A DNA stretch of 37,029 bases from assembly GCA_965603225.1 (NCBI GenBank), contig CBFDCD010000001.1, positions 1 to 37,029 of the forward strand. Reading direction: 5' to 3'. The position numbers and the translations under genes were made by a program. Below are positions 33,265-37,029 of this stretch, one piece after another. The notes under the pieces are model-generated. The model searched no databases. It was not told where the DNA came from and was given only the letters and a program-made list of their open reading frames with translations. Numbering within the stretch: position 1 is the first letter of the stretch; each line of letters starts with the position of its first letter. The stretch comes from an uncultured bacterium (GTDB taxonomy: Bacteria; Desulfobacterota; DSM-4660; Desulfatiglandales; B25-G16).

Positions 33265-35415
33265 TTATATGGGAAGGGCAATCTTGAATTCAGTTCCATT
33301 CTTTCCATCACTCACGAAAGTAATGTTTCCCTTTAACTCCTTAATAATATTATAGACAACAGACAACCCTAATCCGCTATGTTTTCCTCCTTTTGAGGTA
33401 ACAAAAGGATCAAAAAGCCTGGATTGAAGGTTATCAGGTATACCGGGACCGTCATCCATAAAGGCAATCTCCACATATTGCATGGCGCCCTTGATATCTT
33501 TTAAAAATGTATCACTTAGTTTACTTGAAGTAAATTTAGTTGTTATATAAAGATTACCACCTTTGGGCATTGATTCAACTGCATTCTGAATAAGATTGAT
33601 AACGACCTGCTTCAATTTATCTTTATCTGTATTAACTAATGGAAGGGAGTGCCAGAGGTTTAAATGAATATCAATGTCAGTGCCTATCAACAAGGATTTC
33701 TTGAAAACTCTTACCACTTCTGACAAAAGGGTGTTTATATCTAACGTGTTAATTTTCTGGAGTTTTACCTCTGAAAAATTATATAATCCCCGTAATAAAC
33801 GGACAACCCGATTAATTTCTTCGTTGATAATCCCAAGCTCCTCATATTCAATGTCCTTTTCAGCCAATTTTGTTTCCATAATCTTCGTGTAATTCTTAAT
33901 GATGCTCAATGGCGTGTTCACTTCATGAACTACTTTTCGGGCAATGGTTGAGGTATCTTTAAGGCGTTGGTCCAAAATTAATTTCGCTTGATTTTGTCTC
34001 AAATAATCCGCATACAATGCAATGGCTGCCTGAGCACTAATCATAGACAACAGTCTTAAATTATCTCGCAAATGAGAGACCCTTGTTTCATTTAAACCGA
34101 CCACTATTATACCGATGTATTGTTTTTGAACAACCATAGGAAAAATCATTACGCCGTCCCTTCCCGTTAGGCGAATAACCAATTCATCTATAATAGTAGG
34201 GCTATCATTTTTGAAATAACTGAAGGAATCTGTTGGGACCCCTTGTTTTAAAGTGTCCACCAGTAGACCTTTTCCTCCCTGAAAGGGGATTAAAACTCCA
34301 TCAAGAAAATTAAATTTATCGTTACTCCCAGCGGATTTTCCGATTAATGCATTTTTTTCTTGATCATATAAAAAAAAGAGAACAATCTTCAGGTCAAACA
34401 GAATCTGGAGGGCGTGACTGATTACTCTCAATATGGAATTTTCATTGTGGGCCTTTAATAGGCTTTGTAGTGTGCCCTGAAGAAGGGTGGCTTCTTTCAC
34501 CTCTTGAGCTAAATGTTCTTGTATTTTAATCTCTCCATCAGAATCATTCATCTCTTTATTTTCCTGGAGATTTACAGTTATCCCCATAAATTGGGCGATA
34601 TGCTCTATTTCTTCCCTGGCATTTGAATTAATTTCCTCTAATTGCTTACTTGAAAATCCAAAGATTTCCCTTGCAGCATTAAAATTAACCTCACTGTTTT
34701 CATTTGTTTTAACAGACATACTATTGGCTACATATACAATTTTAATCAAGGGAATGGCATTGAGGATTCTTGGTAATGGTTCGTGGTGATAAAGAACCGC
34801 ATCTGAAATAAAGGACTGGAGTTTCCAATGTTTAATGAGCCAAGCCCCTACTTCAGGATGTGATGCCCCCAGTTGAATCTCCCCTGCCAAAAGCAAGTCC
34901 GTCTGTTTATTGGATGAATCTATTATCTTTTTATATTCGTCGGTAAAATTGATCCACAGGACCAGTTTGCCAATGTCATGAAGCAGCCCTGCCAAAAATG
35001 CCTCGTCAGGCGAATCATATGCGATTTTTACGGCTATAGATTTGGACAAGATAGCACACATTAAAGAGTGCACCCAAAATCCTTTCAGGTTAAAGCCCGC
35101 TTCATCCTTAGCCCCTTTAAAGACATTTTTAATCGAGGCACTAATTGCAATATTTTTTATGGTATCTATGCCTAAAAGCACCAGGGCCTGCTCTGTACTG
35201 GTTACTTTATTGGGGAGATTGTAATATGCGGAATTTACCATTGCCATGACCCTGGCGCTCAGCGAGGAATCTTTGCTGATTATTCGGGATATTTCTTTTA
35301 TCTTAGCCTCTTCTTTGTTGCATGCCTCTATTAATTTTAAGAGAATATGGGGGAGAGAGGGCAGTTGTTTTGAGGTTTCTATCTTATTGAAGATTGGTGA
35401 GGAATTTTTTTTCAT
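33265..35415 (-). CDS. HDOD domain / GAF-like / histidine kinase
   Basis: N-terminal HDOD (LPSLPHILLKLIEAC...HDIGKLVL), a central GAF-like region, H-box VHEVNTPLSII, N-box LIQNAVES, and G-box HSGLGLSVV. Confidence 0.88.
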   Translation of the reverse strand: MKKNSSPIFNKIETSKQLPSLPHILLKLIEACNKEEAKIKEISRIISKDSSLSARVMAMVNSAYYNLPNKVTSTEQALVLLGIDTIKNIAISASIKNVFKGAKDEAGFNLKGFWVHSLMCAILSKSIAVKIAYDSPDEAFLAGLLHDIGKLVLWINFTDEYKKIIDSSNKQTDLLLAGEIQLGASHPEVGAWLIKHWKLQSFISDAVLYHHEPLPRILNAIPLIKIVYVANSMSVKTNENSEVNFNAAREIFGFSSKQLEEINSNAREEIEHIAQFMGITVNLQENKEMNDSDGEIKIQEHLAQEVKEATLLQGTLQSLLKAHNENSILRVISHALQILFDLKIVLFFLYDQEKNALIGKSAGSNDKFNFLDGVLIPFQGGKGLLVDTLKQGVPTDSFSYFKNDSPTIIDELVIRLTGRDGVMIFPMVVQKQYIGIIVVGLNETRVSHLRDNLRLLSMISAQAAIALYADYLRQNQAKLILDQRLKDTSTIARKVVHEVNTPLSIIKNYTKIMETKLAEKDIEYEELGIINEEINRVVRLLRGLYNFSEVKLQKINTLDINTLLSEVVRVFKKSLLIGTDIDIHLNLWHSLPLVNTDKDKLKQVVINLIQNAVESMPKGGNLYITTKFTSSKLSDTFLKDIKGAMQYVEIAFMDDGPGIPDNLQSRLFDPFVTSKGGKHSGLGLSVVYNIIKELKGNITFVSDGKNGTEFKIALPI

Positions 35416-35433
35416 AAATCCATTCTTGGTAAG

Positions 35434-35453
35434 ATATTGTTAGTTAACAATAT
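35434..35453. promoter_or_regulatory. 9-2-9 perfect palindrome just upstream of the HDOD kinase start
   Basis: atattgtta gt taacaatat, 19-38 nt upstream of the ATG at 35415 (minus strand). Confidence 0.35.
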
Positions 35454-35526
35454 ATTATATTTATATATTACATTTTTTATGCAATTAAGATAAAGAAAAA
35501 TAATTTATTTGTCAATCAAGATATAT

Positions 35527-35778
35527 GATGCATTCGTAAAAAGTCGGAAAATGCAAATTTGACAACAACATACAGTGTTTAATTATGAAAGTATATACAG
35601 TGTAGTATCATAATATTTTCAATTGTTGGCTTCCAACGAAGTCGTTTTGTTTGTATGCTGTATTTGTTTTATTACGTATTACTACAATGAATCATTTTAA
35701 TTTTATTGCATTTGATCGAGTTCGTTGTTCATAGGATGCCGCTTGCGGCATAAATTACCTTTTTACGAGACCATCAAG
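35527..35778. repeat. inverted pair of the GACTTTTTACGA...CATCA motif enclosing ~210 bp of non-coding DNA
   Basis: The reverse complement of 35527-35547 is ccgactttttacgaatgcatc, and 35758-35778 is cctttttacgagaccatcaag. A perfect hairpin atgccg-cttg-cggcat lies at 35736-35751. Confidence 0.5.
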
Positions 35779-35968
35779 ATCTGAAAACCTATAAAAAAAT
35801 TTTTTTCAAGCTCGAAACTGAAAAGCGCCCCTTAAATACCTATGTGTCTGACCGAAAAGACCAAAAGAAGAATGCAGGCCTTACCCATAGATCAGTGAAA
35901 TGCTGCTATTAAATTGTGTTTTTATCCGCTATCAGAAAACGTGACTGAAGATTCTTTTTGTTCATGCA

Positions 35969-37029
35969 CTACTTCATCAATAGTGTTCCCGGGTGGATAC
36001 TCTTTTTGCCGTGTTTTTTATATAGGGAATCCAGGGCTGTATTTAATCTCTTCTTTTTTTGATATGAGTCATTATGGTTGAAAAGAGAAAGCTGCCTATT
36101 CCCATCAAAAAAGCTTAGTTGAGACAAGGAGATACCTAAAAGACGGACAGGTCTTTTACCGACCTCCGTTTTTTTTAAAAGAGAGCATGCAGTGTTGTAT
36201 ATTTCAGATCCATCGTCGGTAGATTTGGCAATGGTTGTTGATCTGGTAATTTGAACAAAATCACTATATTTTACCTTTAAGGTAATGGTCTTTCCTGTTG
36301 CCCCCTCTTTACGCATACGGTGAGCGACTTTATCGGTTTGAGATAGTAATTCCATTTTAACCCTATCAATATCAAGGATATCCGTAGCAAAAGTATTCTC
36401 GTGACCAATTGATTTTACATCATGTTCAGGCACAACGTCTCTATCATCAACTCCCATGGATAATAAATGCATTTTAATGCCATGTTTCCCAAATTTATTT
36501 TCCAAAATTTTCACTGGTACCAGGCTAAGCTCCTCAAAAGTATGTATGTTTAATTGGCTTAAAACCCTTTGTGTCGCCTTTCCAACACCCCACATCTTGG
36601 CAACAGGAAGAGGGTTTAAAAAATCCCTGACCTTGTCATGGGTCACTATAGTTAAACCATTAGGCTTGTCAATATCAGATGCAATTTTTGCAACAAATTT
36701 AGATGGAGCCAACCCAGCAGATACTGTTAGGCCGGTCTCCATAAAAATTCTCTGTTTGATGTTTTTCGCAATATCATCCGGATGCCCTAAGAGTCGTTGA
36801 CACCCTGTAACGTCCAGGAACGCTTCGTCTATGGAAATGGGTTCTACCAGCGGAGTAAATTTATAAAATATTTGAAATATCTGTTGGGAAATTTTTTTGT
36901 ATCTCCACATCCTAACTGGAAGAAATACCCCCTCAGGACAAATACGTTTTGCCCGTGCAATTGGTTGAGCCGAATGCACTCCAAACTTGCGGGCCTCATA
37001 TGATGCAGATGACACAACACCTCTTTCTG
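35969..37029 (-). CDS. dinB: DNA polymerase IV (N-terminus beyond the right edge)
   Basis: GVVSSASYEARKFGV reads through the window edge. Also present are SIDEAFLDVT and VGKATQRVL, with little-finger domain length. Confidence 0.92.
   Translation of the reverse strand, partial: ERGVVSSASYEARKFGVHSAQPIARAKRICPEGVFLPVRMWRYKKISQQIFQIFYKFTPLVEPISIDEAFLDVTGCQRLLGHPDDIAKNIKQRIFMETGLTVSAGLAPSKFVAKIASDIDKPNGLTIVTHDKVRDFLNPLPVAKMWGVGKATQRVLSQLNIHTFEELSLVPVKILENKFGKHGIKMHLLSMGVDDRDVVPEHDVKSIGHENTFATDILDIDRVKMELLSQTDKVAHRMRKEGATGKTITLKVKYSDFVQITRSTTIAKSTDDGSEIYNTACSLLKKTEVGKRPVRLLGISLSQLSFFDGNRQLSLFNHNDSYQKKKRLNTALDSLYKKHGKKSIHPGTLLMK

Overview
AT-rich bacterial chromosomal segment. Gene content and order suggest an anaerobic Gram-negative lineage (Desulfobacterota/Nitrospirota-like), but that assignment is inference only. 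The window falls into three parts. (1) 1-17.9 kb is a signalling and catabolic neighbourhood. It holds a partial sensor kinase, indolepyruvate:ferredoxin oxidoreductase iorBA, a stand-alone receiver protein, and a YafD-like EEP nuclease/phosphatase gene interrupted by an in-frame TGA. It also holds a 7TM histidine kinase, an AMP-forming acyl-CoA synthetase, and a divergent Liv-type ABC uptake operon with an embedded second CoA ligase. (2) 18.3-29.4 kb is a highly conserved housekeeping block: rpsB-tsf-pyrH-frr-uppS-cdsA-dxr-rseP-tsaB, psd-pssA, rsmD-coaD, and an IHF/HU gene. (3) 29.4-37 kb is all minus strand: rlpA, a small secreted protein, a hybrid REC-PAS-kinase-REC protein, an HDOD-GAF kinase, and a partial dinB. 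I saw no rRNA, tRNA, CRISPR array, transposase, integrase, phage gene or recognisable defence gene. The unusual content is non-coding. (a) A hairpin-forming intergenic repeat family has two ~300-bp copies and several fragments, concentrated in the first 8.5 kb. (b) A four-helix-bundle (23S rRNA IVS / Avd-like) gene bracketed by a 20-bp inverted repeat sits exactly between the two ABC permease genes, with an ORF-less hairpin of similar style one gene upstream. (c) A promoter plus dual ATAGCTAT operator module is shared by iorAB and the acyl-CoA synthetase/ABC divergent region. (d) Short palindromic or dispersed motifs (GATTGACAATC, TTTACGAG-CATCA) recur almost only in intergenic DNA. None of these can be assigned a function from sequence alone. 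I found no clear multi-gene novel system.
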